This document shows, piece after piece, positions 45,013 through 54,329 of a stretch of DNA of 58,105 bases; position 1 is the first letter of the stretch; the number at the start of each line of letters is the position of its first letter. The DNA is from a virus. The translations under genes and the position numbers were made by a program. The stretch is taken from the IMG/VR virus record IMGVR_UViG_3300025712_000001; one strand, written 5' to 3'. The notes beneath the pieces are model-generated. The model saw nothing but the letters and a program-made list of their open reading frames with translations, made no database searches and was not told where the DNA came from.

Positions 45013-46318
45013 TTTGATTCTCCTCTAATTCTTTAACCTTATCTGAAAGTTCTTTAACAGCTTCTATGAGTAAACCAACCATGTTGCCGTAAGCTACTGC
45101 CATATTATCTTCAGGTGTCTCTCCTAAGACTACAGCTTCGGGCAATACCTTTAATACTTCCTGAGCAATAACACCTGTATGCTTTTCTTGTTTATCTTCT
45201 GAGTCTGTCCTAGTGTATGTGTATCCATTAAGCTGTTCAACTTTAGATAAAGCATCAGGGATGACCTCTAGGTTGTCTTTTATTCTAAGGTCTGAATATG
45301 CAGTTACGTTACCACTAGCAACAACATCACCAGTGACGCCTACCCCAGTATTTGTGGTGTTTATTTTACCTGCGCCATTGTACATAAGGACAGTTTGAGC
45401 ATTTTTTAAACAATAAATAGAATCTTCATAAGCGGGGGACGATCCTGCCGCTCTAATATGTAAAGCATCTGTAAAGTCTATGTAATTATTACTAGCCGCA
45501 TTTAAATTTAACTCACCTGACAAATTTATGTCGCCAGTAGTAGTAAGCGGACCTGTAGTGACTGCACCTGACGCTGCGATTGTAGTTGCAGCCATCTCAC
45601 CTGTGACTGTTACGCCAGTAGCTTTGGTGGCTAGTTTAGTAACATTATCATACCTTAAAGAAACCGCACCGTCTGATGCGCATATGACGTAAACCTCATT
45701 CGCAGCATTTCTGAGGTACAGATCAGTTCCCCGAAGATTCAAGCTACCCGTACCACTATCATGAATATAACTATTACTACCATCGTGATAAATCTCTAAG
45801 TCAGAACCAGTACCAAACAATGCTTTGGCATCGTCAGGCATTGTAATGCCACCATTATGCACAGTAGCCGCAGTTGTGGTTAATACACCTGTTACGAGGG
45901 CAGTGCCATCTATTACAGCGTTGCTTGAGAGGTCCATCGTAGTTGCAGCCATCTCACCTGTGACTGTTACGCCAGTGGCTTTGGTGGCCAGTTTGGTTGC
46001 CCCATTGTGATGCAACATAGCTACGTCACCTTGTTGAGTAATGATATTATCACCAGAAGAGTTCGTAATTAAAACGCTTCCAGTACCACCAGGAGCAACA
46101 ACTACTGTATTATTTCCAGCATTATTACCTTTAACCCAATTATTAGACCCGTCATGATAAATCTGTAAATCATCACCTGCACCAAATGTAGCCTTGTCAT
46201 TATCGCCTAATGCTATTCCGCTACCGGCTGTAATAGCTGCTCCCACATTATCGAGGGCAGTGGTTATCACATCTCCTGAAGATGTCAGGAGGTTAGACAT
46301 TGTTCTTGCTTTACTCAT
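44996..46318 (-). CDS. Tail fibre / spike protein with a C-terminal S74 intramolecular chaperone domain, 440 aa
   Basis: SDLRIKDNLEVIPDALSKVEQLNGYTYTRTD...HTGVIAQEVLKVLPEAVV...AVAYGNMVGLLIEAVKEL. Internal duplication of the LxIYHDGSN...KLATKATGVTVTGEMAATT module. Confidence 0.8.
   Translation of the reverse strand: MSKARTMSNLLTSSGDVITTALDNVGAAITAGSGIALGDNDKATFGAGDDLQIYHDGSNNWVKGNNAGNNTVVVAPGGTGSVLITNSSGDNIITQQGDVAMLHHNGATKLATKATGVTVTGEMAATTMDLSSNAVIDGTALVTGVLTTTAATVHNGGITMPDDAKALFGTGSDLEIYHDGSNSYIHDSGTGSLNLRGTDLYLRNAANEVYVICASDGAVSLRYDNVTKLATKATGVTVTGEMAATTIAASGAVTTGPLTTTGDINLSGELNLNAASNNYIDFTDALHIRAAGSSPAYEDSIYCLKNAQTVLMYNGAGKINTTNTGVGVTGDVVASGNVTAYSDLRIKDNLEVIPDALSKVEQLNGYTYTRTDSEDKQEKHTGVIAQEVLKVLPEAVVLGETPEDNMAVAYGNMVGLLIEAVKELSDKVKELEENQNGFTK
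45582..45997. repeat. Pair of 59-bp direct repeats (45582..45640 and 45939..45997) inside the 440-aa fibre gene
   Basis: GTAGTTGCAGCCATCTCACCTGTGACTGTTACGCCAGT[A/G]GCTTTGGTGGC[T/C]AGTTT[A/G]GT. I found 3 mismatches in 59. Confidence 0.85.
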
Positions 46319-49300
46319 GATGTAACTCCTTTACTTTCTACAGTAGCTTTAAGTTCATCTATTTGAACTTGCTGTTCTTTGATTGCTTCTATTAGTAAAC
46401 CAACCATGTTGCCGTAGGCTACTGCATACTTTCCATCATCCATTGTCATCACAGCTTCTGGAAGAACTTTAATTACTTCCTGTGCAATTACACCTGTCTG
46501 TCGAGTTTCTGGCATTACACCAGTTTCTGCGTCAGGTACGAAATCCGTTCTGTCAAAAGTATAACCACTTAACTGCTTTACTTTATTCAGAGCTTCTGGA
46601 ATTACTTCTATATTTTCCTTAACTCTTTCATCTGAGTAAGCTGTAATATTTCCAGTAGCAGTATAGTTACCTGAAAAATCCCAAGTATGTTTAATAGTAC
46701 TAGCAGACCAACCACCCAGCTCCATCTTATTTGCCGTTGATAATCCAAAGTTTACTGCATAAGCACCACCTCGGTGGAAAGACATCACAGCCGGATATGT
46801 GGTATTACCTCTAACAGAAAAACTATTGTCATTTGCACCCGCTACCGTAGTGCTAGTGGGCGTCTTAGTAACAAGTAGACCTGTCATCGTACCGCCAGTT
46901 TTCATTAAAGCACCAGCGGCAGTCACATTAGTAGCATCAGTCACATCGGCTGAGGCTTCTATTCCGTCGAGTTTAGTTCCGTCAGTCGCTACATCTCGAC
47001 CATCTACTGTACCACTTACAACAACATTGCCTGTGACTTCTAGACCTGTGCCAGTTACACGCATACGTTCTACGTTTCCTGGTGACCAGAAAGCTTGACC
47101 GGTTCCGTCTATTTTATGATATTGTCTATACGCACCTCCACTAATGTCTAATCCGGCTTCAAAAACTGTTGATGCAGTTGCCGCCCAGTTATTTTTAACC
47201 AGTAAACCGTGAGATGAGCTGCTATTAGTTGCGTGATAAACAGTAGCAGCAAAGTTTCCACTTGGCTGTCCAGTAGAATCAGCAGTAGTACCACTCTTTA
47301 CATTAAGTGTATCGGTAGCTGTTTCACCAGTTACGTCTATTCCTGTGGCTGTTGTGGCAATTTTAGCTGCATTGTTGTGATAAAGAGTTACAGCACCATC
47401 AGGAACAAACTGAGCTAGAGGCTCTGAGAAATCTCCATTTAATATTTCAACCTGAGTAGCACTTCCTAGCTGTAGCTTCCCAGTACCAACATCTGCAATT
47501 CTTGAATGAGAACCAGTGTGATATACCTCTAAGTCGGGTGCAGTACCCCACGTACTTTTAACATTATCACCATGGGAAGTTGTACCTGTCATAGTGCCAC
47601 CAGCTTTGGGAAGTGCCGCAGCAGCTAATGTACCTTGAGCAGCTGTAGCATAATCACTAGAATCAAAGGCTTTAACTTGTGCGAGATTTGTAACCTCACT
47701 ATCCATTAAAGCACCAGCCGCAGTTACATTAACTGTGTCTGTGACATCAGCATTAGTTTCTATAGTATCAAGTTTTGTACCATCAGCTGCTACATCTCTT
47801 CCATCGAATGTGCTAGTAGTTGTCACAGCTCCTGTAAGTGCACCACCTGTGGTCGCTAAGAAACCAGTACCAGAGACATAGGCTGCTGTCCAAGCAGAAC
47901 CTGAGTAAACCTTCATTGCAGTATTTGTAGTGTCATACCAGAGCTGGCCAGTTGCAGGTGAAGAGGGAGCTGTACTGCTTTCTCCTCGGTATATATCGTT
48001 AAAAGAAGTTAAGCTTCCAGCACTAGAAGTCGCGCTTGTAGCCGAAGAAGTAGCAGAGTTACTTGCACTAGTTGCTGAAGTAGCCGCATTAGTTGCTGAA
48101 GTTCCTGCCGCCGTTGCAGAAGTAGCAGCGTTAGTCTCTGCTGTTTCCGCATTTGTTTCCGCAGTTTCAGCCGCTGTTTTTGCAGCAGTCGCTTGGGTAA
48201 CCAGAGCATTCAAAGCTGTTTCTTGAGTTGTAGATATCTTAGTTAATATATCAACATATAATACATCACTGACAATAGCTCCTGATGTAAGCGTTATCGT
48301 ATTACCTGATATTGAATAATCTGTTCCGCCACCAATAAGCTTAACACCATTGAGATATGCAAAGACGTTAGCCGCAACATCTATAGACATTGTCCCTGAA
48401 GCATCATCAGTTGTGAATACTGTCTGTCCTGCTGTACAAGTAAACGTATGGTTTGCGATTAATCCTTGAAGGTAAGCTCCTGCAATTTGCCAACTTGCTG
48501 GCGATCCAGCTACATAAACTTTTAATTGTGAGGTTGTAGTATCGTACCACAAATCTCCTACATCTGGTGATGCTGGAGCTGAAGAAGAAGCTACAAATAA
48601 TCCTTGAAATGTTGTTAAGCTTGAAGCTGCATTGGTTGCACTTGTTGAGGCAGATGTAGCACTTGCCGCTGCATTAGTCTCTGCTGTTTCAGCATTTGTC
48701 TCAGCAGTCTCAGCGTTAGTCTCAGCAGTTTCAGCGGCAGTCTTTGAAGCAGCAGCGTTAGTCTCTGAAGTCCCTGCTGCAGTTTCTGAAGCGGCTGCTG
48801 CATTTTTAGATGCTAAAGCAGCTGTCTCACTAGCAGCGGCTGCATTCTTAGATACTAAAGCAGCTGCGGCTTGTGTCGTAGCACTTGCGGCTTGAGTAGT
48901 TGCGGTAGCTGCCGACGCAGTTGCGCTCGTAGCTTGTGTAGTTGCTGTACCAGCTGAGGTTGATGCACTCGATGCACTAGATAATGCAGAGTTAGCGCTT
49001 TGAGCGGCAGTTGTATTTGATGAGCCTGCTGATGTAGCACTACTGGCAGCTGCAGATTGAGAAGCAGCAGCATTAGTAGCTGAAGTTCCTGCTGCAGTCT
49101 CTGAAGCAGCTGCTGCTGTTTGGCTTGCTGTAGCGGCTGCCTGACTAGCTGTTGCGCTAGTCTTAGAAGCTAATGCACTTGCAGCATCTGTTGACGCTGC
49201 TGTAGCTTGTGTAGTCGCTGTTGCGGCTGATGCTGTTGCACTTGTCGCTTGTGTAGTTGCTGTAGTAGCAGATGCTTCCGCATTTGTTGCAGCAGTTTCT

Positions 49301-49425
49301 GCACGGTCAACATCAACTCCAATTATATCAGGGATACCGTCAATTAATGTATCAGTAAACAAACCACCACTAGCAGCGTTATCTGTCGCTCCAGTAAATG
49401 AGCCGGGTCTTGCGGGTGTTGTCAT
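46315..49425 (-). CDS. Long tail fibre with Ala/Thr/Ser-rich coiled region and a C-terminal S74 chaperone domain, 1036 aa
   Basis: SDERVKENIEVIPEALNKVKQLSGYTFDRTD...TGVIAQEVIKVLPEAVM...YAVAYGNMVGLLIEAIKEQ. The module (ETAETNA)n ... LWYDTT...KVY appears twice. Confidence 0.85.
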   Translation of the reverse strand: MTTPARPGSFTGATDNAASGGLFTDTLIDGIPDIIGVDVDRAETAATNAEASATTATTQATSATASAATATTQATAASTDAASALASKTSATASQAAATASQTAAAASETAAGTSATNAAASQSAAASSATSAGSSNTTAAQSANSALSSASSASTSAGTATTQATSATASAATATTQAASATTQAAAALVSKNAAAASETAALASKNAAAASETAAGTSETNAAASKTAAETAETNAETAETNAETAETNAAASATSASTSATNAASSLTTFQGLFVASSSAPASPDVGDLWYDTTTSQLKVYVAGSPASWQIAGAYLQGLIANHTFTCTAGQTVFTTDDASGTMSIDVAANVFAYLNGVKLIGGGTDYSISGNTITLTSGAIVSDVLYVDILTKISTTQETALNALVTQATAAKTAAETAETNAETAETNAATSATAAGTSATNAATSATSASNSATSSATSATSSAGSLTSFNDIYRGESSTAPSSPATGQLWYDTTNTAMKVYSGSAWTAAYVSGTGFLATTGGALTGAVTTTSTFDGRDVAADGTKLDTIETNADVTDTVNVTAAGALMDSEVTNLAQVKAFDSSDYATAAQGTLAAAALPKAGGTMTGTTSHGDNVKSTWGTAPDLEVYHTGSHSRIADVGTGKLQLGSATQVEILNGDFSEPLAQFVPDGAVTLYHNNAAKIATTATGIDVTGETATDTLNVKSGTTADSTGQPSGNFAATVYHATNSSSSHGLLVKNNWAATASTVFEAGLDISGGAYRQYHKIDGTGQAFWSPGNVERMRVTGTGLEVTGNVVVSGTVDGRDVATDGTKLDGIEASADVTDATNVTAAGALMKTGGTMTGLLVTKTPTSTTVAGANDNSFSVRGNTTYPAVMSFHRGGAYAVNFGLSTANKMELGGWSASTIKHTWDFSGNYTATGNITAYSDERVKENIEVIPEALNKVKQLSGYTFDRTDFVPDAETGVMPETRQTGVIAQEVIKVLPEAVMTMDDGKYAVAYGNMVGLLIEAIKEQQVQIDELKATVESKGVTS
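48128..48169. repeat. Two tandem 21-nt coding repeats (ETAETNA units), second cluster
   Basis: GCGTTAGTCTCTGCTGTTTCC / GCATTTGTTTCCGCAGTTTCA on the plus strand. Confidence 0.8.
48671..48733. repeat. Three tandem 21-nt coding repeats (ETAETNA units), first cluster
   Basis: GCATTAGTCTCTGCTGTTTCA / GCATTTGTCTCAGCAGTCTCA / GCGTTAGTCTCAGCAGTTTCA on the plus strand. Confidence 0.85.
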
Positions 49426-50294
49426 TATATTAATCCTCTCCCGTTAAATTGCATTTGATAGTTACCACCTGAAGCATTACGTCTAACGTCTTCATCGTTG
49501 AGCTCACGTATTTCATTCATAAACATTGCTTGATACTTAGCGGCTTGGTCATCTTCTTGGACAAAAGCAAATACCTCTGCTAATGCGCCGAATAATAAAA
49601 TCCTTTCGTTCTCATCTCTGAGCCAGTTAGGTGTAGTATTACCAACAAAGTATCCGTTAGTTTGAACTCCACCTGCTGCTACGGCTTCTGCTTGAGTTGC
49701 AAAGGCTGTAGTAATGGAGTTAATAGTAGAAAACCATAGTCTTCCTGCAGTTGCTACTCCAGAGCTAGATGCCGTTAAAAATCCTGCGTTCCAGTTTAAT
49801 ACTGTTACAGCATACGTAGCATTCAATGCAGGTAATCTACGGTAATAATATAATTCTACAGTACTAGCGTCACTTCCACCTTGTCCAAAGCCTGGGCTAA
49901 ATTTTATAACATTGCGCTCGCGTGTCCAATAATTATAACCTGAGTATACTTCTGCATAGGGATTATTAAATGTTCTTACATTAAGTTTTTCATTAAATAC
50001 TCTAAGCGTTGCACCTGCTGAATCTTTTTCTTTTAGTTGTATAAACTCTACGAGATCATACGGTATTAATATTTCTGTTACGCTAGGCGTAATACCTCCT
50101 GTTGTTGTAGCGGCTTCTAAAATTGTTTTAGAATATACTGCTACATTTTCTAATGGTGGAACTCTGAGAGTTCGATATGCTTTATCTGCTGCATATTTTA
50201 GAGCATCTTGAATTATAGCGTCGCTTACTACTTCATCATCTCTGTTACACCACGAACGCACGAGGGCGACTAGTTGAGTGTAGGTCAATGCCAT
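49425..50294 (-). CDS. Virion structural protein (adaptor or tail-associated?), 289 aa
   Basis: ORF track. It lies between the capsid-proximal small genes and the fibres. The N-terminus is MALTYTQLVALVRSWCNRDD. Function is inferred from position only. Confidence 0.35.
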   Translation of the reverse strand: MALTYTQLVALVRSWCNRDDEVVSDAIIQDALKYAADKAYRTLRVPPLENVAVYSKTILEAATTTGGITPSVTEILIPYDLVEFIQLKEKDSAGATLRVFNEKLNVRTFNNPYAEVYSGYNYWTRERNVIKFSPGFGQGGSDASTVELYYYRRLPALNATYAVTVLNWNAGFLTASSSGVATAGRLWFSTINSITTAFATQAEAVAAGGVQTNGYFVGNTTPNWLRDENERILLFGALAEVFAFVQEDDQAAKYQAMFMNEIRELNDEDVRRNASGGNYQMQFNGRGLI

Positions 50295-50305
50295 AATGGG
50301 TCCTC

Positions 50306-50647
50306 CTAATTATTAACTAGTAAAGAACGGTATTCCATATGTAATATAGTTTTTAATTTTTTAAGATTGTTAGGATCACTCATAAACTCTTGGGAATGTA
50401 GATCTAAATTATGATCCTCAAATATTTTTAAAGCAATTACATCTGGTATCGTAGCTAGCTTTCTGTAACCACCTTTCTTAATACCGAAGTATTCTTGTTT
50501 TTCCCTATCTAGTTTAGCTTGATCTATAAACTTTGATACATCTTGTTGGAAATAACCATGACCTGTTTCCAAATCAAAAGATGCTTCCATACCGTTTTTA
50601 CCGTCCGCTTGTTTTCCGCGGAATTTAATTTCTGATGAATTAGACAT
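50306..50647 (-). CDS. Hypothetical protein, 113 aa
   Basis: ORF track; GGAGAGG SD. Confidence 0.5.
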   Translation of the reverse strand: MSNSSEIKFRGKQADGKNGMEASFDLETGHGYFQQDVSKFIDQAKLDREKQEYFGIKKGGYRKLATIPDVIALKIFEDHNLDLHSQEFMSDPNNLKKLKTILHMEYRSLLVNN

Positions 50648-50663
50648 GTCCTCTCCTACCTAA

Positions 50664-50882
50664 TTAAAAGGGTTCAGTATAAGCTACGAACCTACCTGAC
50701 TTACCTATATATCCCATTTTAGCACCTATCGCTGCAGAGTTTACAGTCGGTGCTGCCCCTGCTGCTACATTTGTATGTGGCTCCCAATGTGTTAACTTAT
50801 ATCCAGTTGCAGTTTGCGCTGTACGCCATATGCATTTCTCGCCGGGGTAAACGTTCCCGTTAGCTAGTTGAAAAACTACCAT
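50664..50882 (-). CDS. Hypothetical protein, 72 aa
   Basis: ORF track; AGGAGG SD. Confidence 0.5.
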   Translation of the reverse strand: MVVFQLANGNVYPGEKCIWRTAQTATGYKLTHWEPHTNVAAGAAPTVNSAAIGAKMGYIGKSGRFVAYTEPF

Positions 50883-50905
50883 CTTATTACCTCCTGGGTT
50901 TTATA

Positions 50906-51196
50906 TTATCTTTTGTTTTGTGCTGGTCCACAGCCGGCTACTTTGCCGCCTCGGCCATAATAGCTTGCAACGTTACCGCCACCTGCTTTATATTCTGTAT
51001 TAAAGGCTCTAGAATTACCTGCGCTTGAACCATACTGTGTTAAGAGAGCTTTATTCTTTTTGTTTTTTAAAGCTTTTCTTAATCTACTAACAGGGCCTTT
51101 TGAGCCACTAGGGGTTACACTTCCAGCTACTAATTTTTTAGCGTCTTTATATTGCTTCATAAAAGATCGTTCATCTTTTTTAGTACTGCTTACCAT
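50906..51196 (-). CDS. Small basic protein, paralogue 1, with a conserved C-terminal YKAGGGNVASYYG.GG.VAGCGPAQNK motif, 96 aa
   Basis: ORF track; GAGG SD. The C-terminal 28 aa are nearly identical to those of 51211..51390. Confidence 0.6.
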   Translation of the reverse strand: MVSSTKKDERSFMKQYKDAKKLVAGSVTPSGSKGPVSRLRKALKNKKNKALLTQYGSSAGNSRAFNTEYKAGGGNVASYYGRGGKVAGCGPAQNKR

Positions 51197-51210
51197 ACTT
51201 CAACCTCTAT

Positions 51211-51390
51211 CTAAGCTTTGTTTTGTGCTGGTCCACAACCAGCTACTCTGCCACCTTTACCGTAATAGCTTGCAACGTTACCACCACCCGCTTTATAGGC
51301 TACATCTTGATCTGTTAGTTTAGCATATGCTTTCGCTTTATCCATACCTTTTTTAGTATATTTAAACTTTTTGTTTCCTACTTTAGGCAT
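51211..51390 (-). CDS. Small basic protein, paralogue 2, 59 aa
   Basis: I prefer ATG 51390 (MPKVGNKKFKY) because it forms a TAATG overlap with the upstream 33-aa ORF. The track start is 51432. Confidence 0.5.
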   Translation of the reverse strand: MPKVGNKKFKYTKKGMDKAKAYAKLTDQDVAYKAGGGNVASYYGKGGRVAGCGPAQNKA

Positions 51391-51491
51391 TATACACCGG
51401 CCACAGGCATCATTGCTTTTGCTACAGACCATATTATAATACAGGCTGCTATTGCTATTATTATATTCTTAGTTGTTAAATACTCTTTCAT
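51390..51491 (-). CDS. Small membrane peptide, 33 aa (not in ORF track)
   Basis: GAGAGG SD 8 nt upstream of ATG 51491. The product is MKEYLTTKNIIIAIAACIIIWSVAKAMMPVAGV. Confidence 0.4.
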   Translation of the reverse strand: MKEYLTTKNIIIAIAACIIIWSVAKAMMPVAGV

Positions 51492-51512
51492 TAATTAACC
51501 TCTCGATTCTAT

Positions 51513-51550
51513 TGAAAAAATATGGAGAGCCTGAATTAACAAGCTCTCCA
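51513..51550 (-). terminator. Rho-independent terminator immediately downstream of the major capsid gene
   Basis: The minus strand reads GGAGAGC-TTGTTAATTCAG-GCTCTCC followed by ATATTTTTTC. Confidence 0.7.
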
Positions 51551-51556
51551 AATGTC

Positions 51557-52684
51557 TTAATTAAGACCGTAGATAGCGCCGCAACCATTAGGGTTACGTA
51601 CTTCTAAAGTACATTCTTCAACCATCATTCCAACAGTTGAGTCACCTTTCTGCCCTACGTCTACTTCCTGCATAGGTCGTAGTGTAGCAACGTTAAACCA
51701 CATTGGATCATAGATCAATGCAGAGAAGTCTGCAACAGGAGTTGTAGCTGCAAGATTCGCATTAGCGCTGTTGGTAAATTGGACACTATTAGCTAAACCC
51801 ATGATGTAGTTTGGAACTACCATTAGATCGCCAAAGTCTGACATGTATACGTCTACTGACTGACGGAGTTTTCCGCTTTCGTCAATATTACGTACAACAC
51901 CAGTATCACTAACCATTAGATCAGAGAAGTCTCTTCGTAGTTTTGGAGACAACATAATCTTAGTAGCTTTACCACCAGCTTCGTAAATCTTTTGCATAAC
52001 TGAATCGACATCAGTTAATGCTAAAGCGCCTTTTGTTGGCTGTGCTGTAGTACCAAGTGTTGATCGTATTGCATGAGTACCTGCACTTACTACATTAGGT
52101 ACACCCCACTCGGAAGTCGCATATACAGTAGTTGCTGAATCATTGATAAATGATTGATACCCACCTGCTGAGCGTGCTGTATTTGGCTGAGCGCCAACAG
52201 CTGCTGATACGTTAAATGAGTGGATCATATCATGCTCAACGTCACGTCGTAATTCTGTACCACGTTTCTTTAACTGATATGCATACTCGTCTGCAACACC
52301 TGCTTGATCGACTGCACGTCTAGTACCTGACACAGCAATAGTTTTACCATTGATTTGTGTGTAGTTACCTAAGCGTGTACGGAACGGTCCAACCGGATCA
52401 AATGCTGCGCCTGTTGCAGGTGTTTGTGCACCTGATCCAGGAGCTATCCAATCTTGACCTTCAGCAATTCGTGAAGAGCCTGGAACCTCTAGTGTGTCTG
52501 TTTGCCATTCATGATAAATAGCGGTTGATTTTGTTTTACCAATAGATGACATGAACGGAGTTTCGTCCCGTGTAATCATAGTGATAAAGTTAGCTAAGTC
52601 TTCTCTTTGAGAGACGTTTGTAGAAGTAGCACGTGCTGGACCTTGTGGTCCACCTGTGATACGTCCGCCGACATTAGTAGTCAT
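51557..52684 (-). CDS. Major capsid protein (HK97 fold; DUF5309/SU10-type N-terminal pattern)
   Basis: REDLANFITMITRDETPFMSSIGKTKSTAIYHEWQTDTL. 375 aa. It follows the scaffold gene, has an AGGAGG SD and is followed by a strong terminator. Confidence 0.8.
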   Translation of the reverse strand: MTTNVGGRITGGPQGPARATSTNVSQREDLANFITMITRDETPFMSSIGKTKSTAIYHEWQTDTLEVPGSSRIAEGQDWIAPGSGAQTPATGAAFDPVGPFRTRLGNYTQINGKTIAVSGTRRAVDQAGVADEYAYQLKKRGTELRRDVEHDMIHSFNVSAAVGAQPNTARSAGGYQSFINDSATTVYATSEWGVPNVVSAGTHAIRSTLGTTAQPTKGALALTDVDSVMQKIYEAGGKATKIMLSPKLRRDFSDLMVSDTGVVRNIDESGKLRQSVDVYMSDFGDLMVVPNYIMGLANSVQFTNSANANLAATTPVADFSALIYDPMWFNVATLRPMQEVDVGQKGDSTVGMMVEECTLEVRNPNGCGAIYGLN

Positions 52685-52704
52685 TATATATACCTCCTAA
52701 GGTA

Positions 52705-53808
52705 TTAAAGATTCAATGAGCGTTCGGCAAGACCTCTTAAAAATCCCTGTTGATCGTCTTCAGATCCTTGTCCACTCAAGACCTTTTGTCTTTGAGCTTC
52801 GTTAGCATCTTGTTTACGCTTAGTTATACTTTTAGCTTTGCGTACAGGAATCTTTTTAGTTGGGGCAGATTTTCTTTTAACAGCGCCTTTTGTCACGCCT
52901 TGTTTAAGTCTACGGTAATCATCGACAAACTTTACAATCACAGGATCAGCTATTGAATCTAATACCTCTGCAGGTATACCTTCAGCTATAGCAAACTCTC
53001 GTATGCTTTGAGCTGTCTTATCATTAAAGTCAGGTATAAGTTCAGGAATCTTTTCATTAAAATTAGTAAGCTGAGCTTGCCAATCTTTCTGTTGAGCTTC
53101 TTGTTCTTGTTCAGTAACTTGCTTTACTAAGGCTTCTCGTTGATTACGAGCTTGCCAGTAGCTTTTCTGAGCTTGTTCACGTTTATCTTTAAGTTCGTTA
53201 ACTTCGTAAGTATCACCGTCTTTTCGCGCTTGATCGATTTGCGCTTCAATATCATGATACTCTTTTGACAATTGCTGTTCATTAGAATACAAGACTGCAG
53301 CAGAAGCTTTTGACATATTGCCAAGTTCTTTTACTTTAGTATCGTAGTCTATGTCCATCTGTTTTCTTGCGTCACCGAGTTCACGACCCTTTTTAGAAAG
53401 ATGTTGTTCAGTAGAGTAACCTTTTATCAAGTCACCAAAAGAAACTTCAGAGTCTTCGCCATCAATTTTGACAATGACCTTAGCTTCTAAGTCTAAATCT
53501 TCAGCGGCAAATGGTTCAGATATATCGGTAGCGGCTTCCGCGGCATCTTCTTCTTCATCATCATTAGCTTCTTCTTCAACTTCTTCTACATCTTCGCTAT
53601 CGGCTTCCTCAGACTGTATTGGGTCTTGGTCGTCTGATTCTTCCGGATCTAACTCTGGAACTTGCTCATCGGGTAGAGATTCTACGAATTCAGAATTACG
53701 TACAATATCAGCCAGCAAATTATCAGCTGTTAAATCAGTATTAACCTCGGCTATAGTATCATCAGTTAAGGTAGAATCTATAGTTGCTTCGGTATTAGTT
53801 TCAGCCAT
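52705..53808 (-). CDS. Scaffolding protein
   Basis: 367 aa with a very acidic N-terminal third, then coiled-coil Gln/Glu/Lys-rich sequence and a basic C-terminus. It lies between the portal and capsid genes. Confidence 0.6.
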   Translation of the reverse strand: MAETNTEATIDSTLTDDTIAEVNTDLTADNLLADIVRNSEFVESLPDEQVPELDPEESDDQDPIQSEEADSEDVEEVEEEANDDEEEDAAEAATDISEPFAAEDLDLEAKVIVKIDGEDSEVSFGDLIKGYSTEQHLSKKGRELGDARKQMDIDYDTKVKELGNMSKASAAVLYSNEQQLSKEYHDIEAQIDQARKDGDTYEVNELKDKREQAQKSYWQARNQREALVKQVTEQEQEAQQKDWQAQLTNFNEKIPELIPDFNDKTAQSIREFAIAEGIPAEVLDSIADPVIVKFVDDYRRLKQGVTKGAVKRKSAPTKKIPVRKAKSITKRKQDANEAQRQKVLSGQGSEDDQQGFLRGLAERSLNL

Positions 53809-54040
53809 TTACCATCTCCTTATTACGGGAAAGGGATTGTGACTTTAACATCTTTGAGTATCGTTCTTGTAGACTATATAAGTCTATAAGTTTATCAGAG
53901 TTAAGTTTAGTTTTACCTGCACTTCTCGATGAATCATACTCAAGTGTGTTTATCATTTCGTCTATATTCTTAGCAAGATGTTCATAATTAATCTCTCGCA
54001 TCTGTTGTGTCCTCCATAAGGTGTGGGATATTTTTCCCAT
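53801..54040 (-). CDS. Hypothetical protein, 79 aa (start possibly at 54001)
   Basis: ORF track; overlaps the upstream gene. Confidence 0.4.
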   Translation of the reverse strand: MGKISHTLWRTQQMREINYEHLAKNIDEMINTLEYDSSRSAGKTKLNSDKLIDLYSLQERYSKMLKSQSLSRNKEMVNG

Positions 54041-54326
54041 ACATCTCGAAGTTTATCATTCTTTCCTTAACACTACCAAGTGCCATTGCAGAAGAGTAGA
54101 GGAACTCTCGAGATTTTGTTTCATGCGGCTCCGTCTTAAGCCACTCTAAAAAGAAGTCAACTAAGACTTCACCATATACTTCATCAAAAAATTCATCTCT
54201 TTCTTTAGCAGCGAAGTGACCCTTTACGTGAGCCATTCGCGCTAATTCTTCTGGATGTGTTTTATGATTACCGTAGGATTTTGTATTTCCCAGCCTCGTC
54301 TCAGCTGTCTTTTTATATTTATCCAT
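53988..54326 (-). CDS. Hypothetical protein, 112 aa
   Basis: ORF track. Confidence 0.5.
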   Translation of the reverse strand: MDKYKKTAETRLGNTKSYGNHKTHPEELARMAHVKGHFAAKERDEFFDEVYGEVLVDFFLEWLKTEPHETKSREFLYSSAMALGSVKERMINFEMYGKNIPHLMEDTTDARD

Positions 54327-54329
54327 TAG

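Noticed and set aside
48128-48733. Short tandem repeats that could be mistaken for a CRISPR-like array.
   Set aside because: The units are 21 nt, directly adjacent with no spacers and in frame (ETAETNA heptads) inside a fibre gene.
47930-49073. Five overlapping ORFs on both strands (47930..48226, 48009..48209, 48615..48803, 48632..48895, 48855..49073) with Ala/Leu/Gln-rich products.
   Set aside because: They are alternative-frame and antisense readings of the GC-rich Ala/Thr/Ser repeat region of the 1036-aa fibre gene. Stop codons are depleted there by composition, not by coding.
51548-51566. Partial match to the promoter-like 18-mer (AAATGTCTTAATTAAGAC) on the + strand.
   Set aside because: Only the AAATGTCT half matches. 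It overlaps the capsid gene stop and points against the whole leftward arm, so it is probably chance.
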